Assembly (NCBI RefSeq): GCF_009914755.1
Contig: NC_060930.1
Origin: the human T2T-CHM13v2.0 reference genome, Homo sapiens
DNA: 64,000 nucleotides
Reading direction: 5' to 3' (one strand)
Part shown: positions 53,346 through 64,000 of the stretch, in pieces
How positions within the stretch are numbered: position 1 is the first letter of the stretch
Layout of the letters: each line of letters starts with the position of its first letter
Notes under the pieces: model-generated
The model's database searches: none
What the model saw: only the letters and a program-made list of their open reading frames with translations
Told to the model about the DNA's origin: nothing
Position numbers and translations under genes: made by a program

Positions 53346-56300
53346 CTTCATAACATAAACTTTATAAACTAAAAAAAGAATCTATTCCCAAGCCCAAATA
53401 ATGAATCAGTGCATTGCTTGACATATGGTGCTGTCCCACACAGAGAACAGTATGAAACATTATTCCAATCATTAAGTTTTATCAAACCAGTTGAAGCCTT
53501 CCTTCTATACAGTGGTCCTCCAAACACTCAGTCATTCCGTTCAGACAAGTGGGTCTTGAAGATTCTGAGATCATGGATGTAATACACTTGCAAACGCTAA
53601 CCTGTTGAGATTCTGTGTTATTATTTTATATTTTAAAAATAAGAGAATAAACTGGAATACTGCAGTGCTGCTAAACCAAAGTATGATATAGGAGTGCAAT
53701 TGTGACTAAGGGATCCTTTTATTATTAAAGATATACTCCTTTTGAATTTGCATATTACCCTTTGCCTGAATCAGCCTTTCCATAGCAGGCATGCAAAAGA
53801 CAAGCAAAATCTGCTCTATTGACCACAATTTTAGACTAAAAGGATGAAATTAAGCCTGGGTCCCCTGGCCTACTGTGGTCTGGAGAACAAAGCAGTCTTT
53901 TCCAGGTGAAATTGCTGATCCCTCATACAAAGTTTTGATTCCTCCTTTAGAGTGTGAATGGTGGAAATAAAAAAATAAAACCAGGGTGGACTTCCATTAG
54001 AGAAAAAACAATAAGTGGCAAAATAGTGGCAAATATAGAGGGGCAGGTTCTATTGGAAAGATTATCCCTAAGAGCGAGACGTAGCTTGTCATATCCAACC
54101 CCACCATGTGAGTAGAGGACAAGAAACAAACATTCAGAACACTCCTGTATATCATCTCAGCAAGAGACAAAGGCCTGTGCAATAAAAATGGGGCTTAGAG
54201 CTAAAAACTTATCTGGGCTTTGTTGTGTGTTCAGAATCAGAGTCTGAGATTCTATGGCGTTTTTTGCAAGTAAGTTAATTTAGACCAGAAATAAACAGAA
54301 ATGCCTTCAAGAGACTTACAGATAACATAAAGGGATGGTGGGGCCTGTGTTAAACCAAAGACTATTTGTCTTATTTAAAGGTATTCAAACTCAATTTTCT
54401 TGCTGGGCAAAAGAAAACAAGCCTGCAAGCCCACAGTCACCATGTCCTAGAGGAGCCAAATGCAGGTGTTGATGTCTGGTGGTTTTAGTTTTTCATTCCA
54501 CTGGCTGCAGAGGGGACTCCCTTTTATCCCAATATCCTGAATCTTTGCAGAACCTGCTACCAGACAAGTACACCTTCCCTCCTTTCCTGAAGCTCCTACT
54601 ATGACCCCCTAGTGGGAGGAAGAGCATATGCAAGCATGGTGCTTATTGCGAACAAGATCTAATTTCTTACTTTCACATCAGAAGAGGGTTTCTCCATAAC
54701 CTGACTCCCTGTGAAACAGTCATCTCTGAGGTTGCCATATGTGGTCACTCTAGTATGTATGTCTGTCTGTGCAGAATAAGTAATCAGATATACAGCACAT
54801 CCCAAACTTGTGACAGCTACTAGGGAAAGGGAAGCACAGGAGTAACAATCATGAAAGAAGGCTAGAAATATAAAGGTTCAGGAAATGATACCGTTCCGAA
54901 TCATTGTCACCAAATTCAATGATTGCCTGCATAATGCAGAAAATTGGAGGGATTTTTCTAAGAAGTACAAAGATTGGGTGTAGCAACCTTATCAAATCAA
55001 TTTGCTGGAGACCTAGGAGAGAAATACAGTTGTAGATTTCAACTTCTATTCTTCCTCACTCGGGTGCTCTTCTTTCCTACCCAGGTCTCAAGATCCTGCA
55101 CTGGGTATTTAGGTTGACTTAGGGGACAGGGTCTTTAGAAATCTCAAGAAGCCAAAATCTGAACACAGTCACTTATGCTTGTAATCCCAGGTCCTTTCAA
55201 AAGTAATCACATTTCCATGAATTTCACCCTTGTGAATGGGGCATTCTTTCAGGGCATTTATTTGTGCCCTATTCATATTAATAAAAAATAAAAATTCCAT
55301 TTGAGAAACTCAACTGGATGGAATTTGAATAGTCAAATTAAACATTTCCATTAAAATTTATAAAAATCATCCCGATATTTAGTTGAAAAGTGAGGAATAT
55401 ATACATAGGTATACATATGTTTAGGAAATATAAAAAGGAAATAAACTTAGGTTCTGGACCAAGTAATTTAAATAAAAAATGAATAAAGTCATAAATAGCA
55501 TTATTATAATAAAAACTGGTAAAACACACCAGGACAATTTTCAAACCAATGTCAGTGTGTTACCTTTTACTTACTGCCTATGGTAAATCCAGGACTTTCT
55601 CATACATCTCCCAGTTTATTTCTCATATCAGTCACATGAAGGAAGATGTTTTCTTTATTTGCCATATGTAAAAAGGGACAGAAATGACATTTGAACCCAC
55701 ATCTTCCAACTCTGTGTCCTATAGTGATTTCATTGTACCAGACTAGATTTCAGAGAAATACTGTGTAGCAGTTTTATTTTGAGATCGTACATAGTTAGTT
55801 CTAATATAACTAAGCCCTAATTTATATTTAGCATCATGTCAGAAACATGATAAACAAGAGTAACTGCTCATTATTAATGCAAGTGACTTGCAACTCTGCC
55901 CTGCGATTTTTATTCTGGATATATCTATCTTGTGCCATTTCAATGGGCATGTGACAAAGGAAAATTACACTGTCATTGTGTTCCCAGTCGACCCTTGCTA
56001 CTCTGCTGCTTCCATTACCTCATTGTGAGTCCTGCTTTTGCCAAACTAATTCTAGCACATTTTTCTTCTACTCTATGAGGAGGAGATGAGAAAGGGAGAG
56101 CCAGACTTAAAGACGTATGTGTGTGTAGCCTTTGAGTTTTGGTGGATGTGATCTTTAGAGAGAAAGTAGAATGACTAGGCTTCTGTTATTGGGTTTGAGA
56201 GCTGAAGGAATAAGGAGAGGGAATCTAGAAAATAAAACTATGGATTATAAATTAAATCTTCTTCTTATTCTCCAGAAATCACAAGTAAAAAAATTCAGTT

Positions 56301-57804
56301 GGATTTTCTTTTAACTATCGATAATTCTATGTCTTCACCCTTGTTACAATTCAAACTGAATCACAAGAGTTCTTTCTTACTTTTAGTTATGGATACACTA
56401 TGCCTCCTCTGTCTTTTATTTAAAATCAGCCCAGGAGTGCTTATTTTTCTAGGTTTTCCTCGCTATTATTTTGTAAGTTCCATTTTGAAATCTGCAATTC
56501 TTCTCTGAATAGCTTCTACTCATCTAATTCTATCACCAAAGCTACAAAATGTTTAGATGTAGTTCAAGAAATTCCAGAAACTACTTTAGAAAAAAGTGAT
56601 CAGCGTAAGAAAGGGCAAATTAATAAGGATCAGAGTCAAGCAGCTGAAACATTAAAAAAAAATCAGAACAGGGTTGGAATATACACATTGTAACTTGCTA
56701 GTACAAAAAAAAAATGCAGAGAATCAAAATTAGCGCTTTGGAACTTGAGAGGCAGCAGTAAAAATATTCTTCAGGTCAGTCTTCTGAATAATTGGCCCAG
56801 TTGTTCAGCCAGCATTTTGCTATCAGAATGCAGAAAGTGGTATAAACCCAGGGATACCCTTCAAATTAATGATCTTTCTCACCATACATGAATATCTTGC
56901 TTGCCAGAACATTTGAATGCTCCATTATTTTAAAAACTAAATCCAATCAAGAAGCTAAGAAATGAAATTTCTACAGTTCCATTTTCTTAAGTGTTGAAGA
57001 CTTTCAAGCTAATATCAAAAGAGCAGCCCTTTATTCTCAAAGAATTTGTATAGATATCACAGTCATAATCAGACTGGCTTTATTTCAGAGAGTATGCTTT
57101 TGGTAGCCTATCCAAAGATTTTATTTTAGTATAAACAGTAAAAATAACAGAAGTATTATAAGAAAGATGAATTGTGATTGACAGAGGAGAAAATCCAATT
57201 ACTTGGAAAGTATATTTTGTGGGCTTAGAATTGAAAATAATAATATATTAGTGACTGAACTAGACATATTGATGTTTTAGAGCCGTGCTTTGCTGGAATA
57301 TTTTATGCTTTGTTTTTCAGTGATGTCAGGTCTTTGGCTTGGAATTTAACAACAGACACTTTAAACAATGTTATGTGCTTATATTAGTATAATCTGTAGT
57401 ATAACAGAAGTTTAAGGTGTCTGCCTATAAAACCCTTTATATGAAGTGGAGTGAATCATTAATTAATATGTCCAGTACTCTTCTTCACATCCAGACACCG
57501 ATAGTTCAGAATCCTCCATCTATCCACCTTTCCCTTTGCTATTCTTCACAGATGCAGGCCAACAAAGATGAGGATAGTTCTCCAGCTGCCCATGGCCTGC
57601 ACAGTTCCTCTAATGAGCCACATGCACAACCTCTGAGAGGGGTGTGCACACAGTCAAATCAAGACTGCTGTAGCTCTATTCTTTGGGGCGTATTCTCTCC
57701 CACCTGCCTTCTCTGGGTACCAGGAAAGTGATGAAAATCAGTCTTGGTGTTGACAAATAACATGAAGATAGCAAATAACATTCTTCCCCAGTTAGGTGGT
57801 TTAA

Positions 57805-58577
57805 GTTTTTTAAAACATTGAAAAACAGAAATATATGCACACAGAAAGCAATTTAGCCAGCACAACCGGGTATAAAATGAGAAGTTTTAGTACATTGTCC
57901 CTCACGGCACTATTAACTGCCTCATTCATTCCCAGTTTCTACCCACTATTAATTACTGTAAAGGTTTTTGGCATGTTCTTCTCTACCCAGCTCCCACCAG
58001 CCCCTACCATGCCAAATGCTTGTATATGTGTCAGCATATATATGGTGCATCTTGCTTATTTTCATGGAAAGGTCTTAAGGTTTATTTCACATCCATATCC
58101 GCTCATCTACTTCTTTTTATAGATTGCACCTGTACCATTGTATGAACATGCTGTGTGGATATAAACAGCACTTTAATCTTATTAGGGTATTTTTATTCCC
58201 CCCTCCTTTTTTTTATTACAAATGAAGAGCTAATGAGTATCCCCAAAGATAAATCTTTTACAGGTATATTGAAGGGTAAATTTCTATCAGTAGAATTGCC
58301 AAACCAAATACATGTCTATTTAAAATTCTAATAAACTTATTAACTTGCTCTTCAAACAATGGAATCAATCTGCACGTCCACTAGCACTCTTGTGAACACT
58401 TGGCATTATCATACATTTAATATTCCCCAATCTCAAAAATAAGAAATGACATCTTACTGTTGCTTAGTTTTACAGTTCTTTATGATAATCTTGAGTGCTT
58501 TTTACGAATTTCATAAATGATTATGTATGTTTATTTTATTGTGAACTACGTATTCTTATATTTTCCTCATTATCCTT
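57805..58577 (-). mobile_element. Ancient L1ME-type 3' fragment (left boundary approximate)
   Basis: GGGTAAATTTCTATCAGTAGAATTGCC, AAGAAATGACATCTTACTGTTGCTTAGTTTTACAGTTCTTT and TTGTGAACTACGTATTCTTATATTTTCCTCATT are colinear with the antisense L1 ORF2 end and 3' UTR. Confidence 0.6.
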
Positions 58578-58578
58578 A

Positions 58579-58684
58579 AAAATATGGAACACTTTGCATA
58601 TTTGCCTGCCAGTTTTGCACATAGACAATGCTATTCCACTCTGAATAATTACAACTTGGTTATATATGTTGCTTAGGTGAGGCT
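58579..58684 (-). pseudogene. U6 snRNA retropseudogene, full length, highly diverged
   Basis: Ungapped hand alignment to the reverse complement of U6 (AAAATATGGAAC...ATGCTA.TC..CTCTG.AT...TATAT.TG.TGC): about 71 of 103 positions identical. Confidence 0.85.
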
Positions 58685-58852
58685 TCTCTGATTTCTGTAA
58701 CTGTGACCAATTTCTTTAAGACAACAAAGGAGAAAATGAGAGGAAGACAAAGGAAAGGAGGAGGACAGGAAGAAAAGGTTGAGGGTGATGGTGGGAGGAG
58801 CATTGCTACCCAAAATGCTCTACTAATCCCTAGTTTTGACTATCAATCCTTG

Positions 58853-59112
58853 GTAGAATGCAGTAGTTAGCATTGTTTATGGAATGGGACTATGTGGATT
58901 TGAATACCACCACTGCCATTTATTAACCATGCAAGCTTAGGAAATTTACTCAACTTCTCTAAGTCTCAATTTCCTCATTTGTAAATTGGAGATAATAGTA
59001 GTATATACATCATCATATACATCATACATCAATGTTATTGTAAGGATTAAGTAAAACAACCCACTGAAACTGAAGAACACTAAATGCGTGTAACATACAC
59101 ATTCAATGCTTG
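58853..59112 (+). mobile_element. MIR
   Basis: Core TTTACTCAACTTCTCTAAGTCTCAATTTCCTCATTTGTAAATTGGAGATAATAGTAG. Confidence 0.8.
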
Positions 59113-60348
59113 TCAGGCATTACTCTTACTAAATACTTGTCCATCCTATCCAGGAGGGACTAGAACAACTTCTCTTTCTTGGTCCTTTCTCAGTGGTCCT
59201 CCTCACTTGGGGACTCTGTCTTGTATTTACATGTTGCATTTCTGTGGAGCTAATTTAAACAATTAGTACGCATGTCCCAAAACAATTTTTATGGCATAAG
59301 AAACTATTAAAAATTTACCTAAAAAATGAGCTGTTGTATCCAGTCAAGAGAGGTAAATAATATTGTGGGAAGTATAGGATTTTTCATATTTTGTTTTTTC
59401 AATTTGAATTTTCACTAATAAATGATGTAAGAAAAAGAAGACAGATGAACTCCATTTCAGTCTTAAGATATATTTGCAGTTTAATGCATACCTGAGTAAG
59501 ATTTCTAAACTTATATCAACAGATTGGATCTTTATTTTCTTTCCCCTTAATGATTTCAAATTTTACTCTTTATATTGTTGTACTCGAATTTAAACTGCTT
59601 AGTTACTATTACAATATAAATTAATCTAAAGTTTAGAGAATATTAAAAACTAGTGGAAAGCAGCTAGAAAACTTATATATGTAATATTAAATTATCTCTA
59701 GCAAATGGCATTTTTGAATATTAAAGATAACATTGCTAAAGTATCAAGAGAAAAAAACTATATAAAATTTATTGGACCCAATTTGTAAAAATATTGTTTT
59801 CTTTATGAGAAAAATGACTATTATCAGATATGTGCTAAATGTTGTTTTTCCATTTCTTTAATGTGTATTTTTGTCCAAATAAATATTAACAAATATTATT
59901 ATACTGAAGTTGGAGGATTCTGCTAAACAATCATATCTGAGATTTTGAAAATCTAATCCAATGATTCATTTTGGTAATAAAAGTTTTTAAATAAGTGGAA
60001 TCAATGGGAGTGATAACAAGAGGGCATAATTACAAATGGAATAAAAGACTAATTCTTTGGAGGTTTCTTCTCTATAGGAAGATATCAAATTAAGTCAGAT
60101 AAAGATCAGATACCAAGAAGAAAATGTCATTGTTCAACATGTAGAAGCATCCAATAATTCAATGATAATAAAAACACATATTTTTAAAATATGATTGGAA
60201 ATATATTTATGTATAGATGCCAATAAATTAAATACATTTTCTTGCTTTTAATTAATTTTATATTAAAATAACCTGAAATTGCACATCCAAGTATAAGCTC
60301 AGGGATGATAAAACTTATTTAATCCTTTTTTTTGTTTTTTATTCGCAG

Positions 60349-60465
60349 AAAATGAAGACCATCTAAATGGCTTAAAAACCAGGATAGAAAATGCTGATGC
60401 TAGAAATGGGGATCTCTTGAGAACTTTGAATGACACTTTGGGAAAGTTATCAGCTATTCCAAATG
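60349..60465 (+). CDS. LAMA2: LAMA2 coding exon (probably exon 42), 117 nt, symmetric phase 1->1
   Basis: long T tract, tcgcag|AA AAT GAA GAC...CCA AAT G|gtaagc; (E)NEDHLNGLKTRIENADARNGDLLRTLNDTLGKLSAIPN. Confidence 0.97.
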
Positions 60466-60729
60466 GTAAGCATTCAGGACACTACCAACTGTGTCAGTTG
60501 ACCTGAAGTTTTGAAGACTGTTGTTAACTTTTACCATTTTTTTCTAAGATTATTCTGGTACTATTATCTGGAAATTAGATACTGTTTTTCTTACTCATGA
60601 ATTCTTCTTTGTGAGAATGAGAAACTAAACCATACTTTGCATTATGGTATTTTTTATCTTTTATTGCCTTTAGCCAGTATCCTTAGGAATGTGTTACAGA
60701 AAGGAAGATATAGACATCTTATTATTGTA

Positions 60730-61078
60730 AAACTCATCCTTCAGTATTGGCAGGGGATTGGTTCCAGGACCCCCCCCCACAGATATCAAAATTCTTGAAT
60801 ACTCAAGTCCCTTTTATAAAATGGCATAGTATTTGCATATAACCTATGCATAGCCTCCCACATACTTTAATCCCTAGATCATTTATAATACCTAATATAA
60901 TGTAAATGCTATGTAAATTCTTACAGTGTATTGTTTATGAAATAATGACAAGAAAAAAGTTTGTCCATGTTCAGTACAGACACAACCATTTTTTCCCCTA
61001 AATATCCAAATATCCAACTCTCCAAGGTTGGTTGAATTTACAGATACAGAGCCCACTGACACAGAGGGACAACTGTAT
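60730..61078. mobile_element. MER2 (TcMar-Tigger MITE)
   Basis: GGGGATTGGTTCCAGGACCCCC...TATAAAATGGCATAGTATTTGCATATAACCTA...GAGGGACAACTG|TA. Confidence 0.88.
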
Positions 61079-61427
61079 TGTCTTCTGTGTTTCAGCCCAA
61101 GAAATCGTGTATTAGTGAAATAGAATAAATCACATAGACACTAATCTCTAAAATACTGATGTACCACCACAAAGACACAGTTTATTAAAGTACCTGCAGT
61201 AATAGGTGATAGCCCACTGCATTCTCTCTTGATAAAATTCAATTTCTTTAACTATTCCAACTTTCAAAAACATTAGTGGTCAAACCATGTCTGTAATATC
61301 TTTCTACCTATTAGAACTGCTGGAAATTTTTGCATGGTATTAGTTCCTGAAAGCACACGTTATTTTAAAGATACTACTTTTACTATTTCTATATTGTTAA
61401 AGCATGATATAATAACAACAAAGATTA

Positions 61428-61526
61428 TAAACACTTATTGAGTACTTAATATACTTATGTTAAGTGTATGTAATCCTCATACCAATTGGAGCAAAAACAT
61501 TTGCTTCATTTGCTCGCATCAATTGG

Positions 61527-61563
<37 letters not shown>

Positions 61564-61866
61564 AATTGGTTATATAGATAACATAAGTATAGATAACATA
61601 GGTAACATTCAGAATAGTCACTTCACTACTTTAAGAGCTAATTAGGTATTCATACAGATACAGAACCTACTGACACAGAAGGACAACTTGTCTTCTGTGT
61701 ATAACATAAGTTAGCACTAACACTTAACATCAGTTAAGATACTGTTATTATCCCCACTTTACAGGTGAGAAACAGACAGAGGATACTGAAGGCCATTGTT
61801 AAAAGTGGCACAGAGGAAACTTAAACCCCACAGTTTGATTTCAGAGCCTATGATCTTAACCACTAA
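61428..61866 (-). mobile_element. MIR split by a ~250-nt complex insertion
   Basis: AACACTTATTGAGTACTTA...TAATCCTCAT [insert] GATACTGTTATTATCCCCACTTTACAGGTGAGAAAC...CTTAACCACTA. Confidence 0.7.
61529..61560. repeat. (AT)16 microsatellite
   Basis: Perfect AT run. Confidence 0.95.
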
Positions 61867-62522
61867 CCTATACACACTAGTAGTCATCTATAGGTACAAT
61901 ATACAAATTAGGATCAGGAGACAAATGCACATATTTATACAACACAGTTAATATTAAAATCTCGGTGGTTTTTACTTTTTTAACGTTTAAAAACCTGAGT
62001 AACTTTTCAGATTTTCATGTCCCTTTTTCAGTAGTAAGTATATAGAAAATTTCCAATGCTGAAAACAAGTATAAATGCATGGCCTAACATACCTGAAAAT
62101 GTTTGTCTATCCTAAAATGAAAATACGTTAGTTTCCCTCCAACCCCCACCCCAACCCCTGCCCTGCTTTGGAAATGCAGATTAAATCTTAAGCCTCGTTT
62201 TCATGAAGCTCATGTGGATAAATTTATCTCGTGAATAAGTTCAGCAGCAAATCACAATATGATCTTATACAATGAACATTTAGAATAGTCACGTCACTAC
62301 TTTAAGAGCTAATCAGGTATTCATAGCAAAAGTCCCTGAGAAAATTTAATTTACCTAAAAAAATTTGCTTCATTTGCTACACCTGAATGAGACAAAGTTC
62401 AGCCTTTTCCCTTTGTAAATGTGTCCGAGGTCAGCCAGCCACAGCCTCGCTTTGTCAAGCATGGATTAAGCCACTAACTCCACACCCTTTGTTTTGTTTT
62501 TCATACCCTCATCTGCTGACAG

Positions 62523-62705
62523 ATACAGCTGCTAAACTGCAAGCTGTTAAGGACAAAGCCAGACAAGCCAACGACACAGCTAAAGATGTACTGGCACAGA
62601 TTACAGAGCTCCACCAGAACCTCGATGGCCTGAAGAAGAATTACAATAAACTAGCAGACAGCGTCGCCAAAACGAATGCTGTGGTTAAAGATCCTTCCAA
62701 GAACA
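62523..62705 (+). CDS. LAMA2: LAMA2 coding exon (probably exon 43), 183 nt, symmetric phase 1->1
   Basis: tgacag|AT ACA GCT...AAG AAC A|gtaaga; (D)TAAKLQAVKDKARQANDTAKDVLAQITELHQNLDGLKKNYNKLADSVAKTNAVVKDPSKN. Confidence 0.97.
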
Positions 62706-63403
62706 GTAAGATCTCCTTTTTCATTGTGATGATGTCATTTATTTCCTCTCACTGTAAAAGTATCCCAGACCTGTAAATGCTCGAGTTGGAAAGACCCTCA
62801 TGGTGGTGTAGTCTGCCTTCCTTCTTTCATAGATTGGCCTCAGAAATTGAGTGTCATGCAGTTCCAAAGCTAGAATCCAAGTCTTCTAGCTCTGCCCCGG
62901 TGCTTTTTTCCTCTGAAATTTTTCCAGTTGAGAAGAGATTAGGAATTCTCAAGGTGTGCCTAACATTCAGCAGAGAGATGCAAAACACTTTTTAATCCGT
63001 GTGTGTAATTAAAAACACAGTTGTACTTGGGTAATTATATCCTCAGAACTGGCGAAGTGTCATGGAACATAGAGGTTAAGGGGCACGTTCATGAACAGAC
63101 TTGTTAGAACAGGATATGAAAATGATATCAACTTGAAATGCATTAAAATTTGAAAATCTTGATATTTTATTATTTAGATTCCAGTTACATCACATTTCTG
63201 GGAAATAAAAATAAAGCATTTATCTAGTTTCTAAAGACTATTCACATCTCTTATATATTATATAAAATTATATTGACTTAAGGATTTACTGAGAAAACCT
63301 GAGAGAAAATATCATAACTTATATTATTAGTTAAATATAGTCAAAATATTAAGATTTTAAAATGCATTTTTCCTTTTCCGTCAAATGATACAAGGCTATA
63401 TTG

Positions 63404-63767
<364 letters not shown>

Positions 63768-64000
63768 TCACTTTCAAGAGACTAGCCCTCTTTATATGCC
63801 AACATTTTTGGGGGGGTATCAAAATATTTGGAGTATAAAAACAAAAGCACTGTAATTGGTATTATATGCCATAAAATTCAAATGCTGTTTGAGTGGGGAA
63901 TGGAGCCTGATTTCAGCATCCTAGCCTCAAATCAAATCCTATGGATGCTATGATATAATAGACATTATTAATACGACTCCTTCATGAGCAAGGAAGAGTA

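Overview
Human (hominoid) genomic DNA lying entirely inside the LAMA2 gene (laminin subunit alpha-2) on the + strand. Nine coding exons with GT-AG boundaries splice in frame into 1309 nt of the laminin coiled-coil domain (ATKVTADGEQ...VKDPSKN). From recalled RefSeq numbering these are exons 35-43. The rest is AT-rich intron containing Alu, L1, L2, MIR, MaLR/ERVL/ERV1 LTRs and DNA transposons. I found no new protein-coding system; the long ORFs in the track are artefacts of a low-complexity repeat. Most notable non-coding signals: (1) an ancient full-length U6 snRNA copy abutting a 5'-truncated old L1, a candidate U6/L1 chimera; (2) a patchwork templated insertion that copies nearby upstream and downstream sequence into a MIR; (3) a 1.45-kb polypurine tract with hidden higher-order periodicity; (4) an internally deleted antisense HERVL provirus whose MLT2A LTR keeps a DUX4-type motif; (5) a G-rich acceptor with no pyrimidine tract at exon 37; (6) a twin-primed L1 with a 56-nt inverted duplication; (7) several perfect hairpins and inverted Alu pairs. 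Repeat subfamily names and exon/HGVS numbers come from memory of consensus sequences, not from a search.
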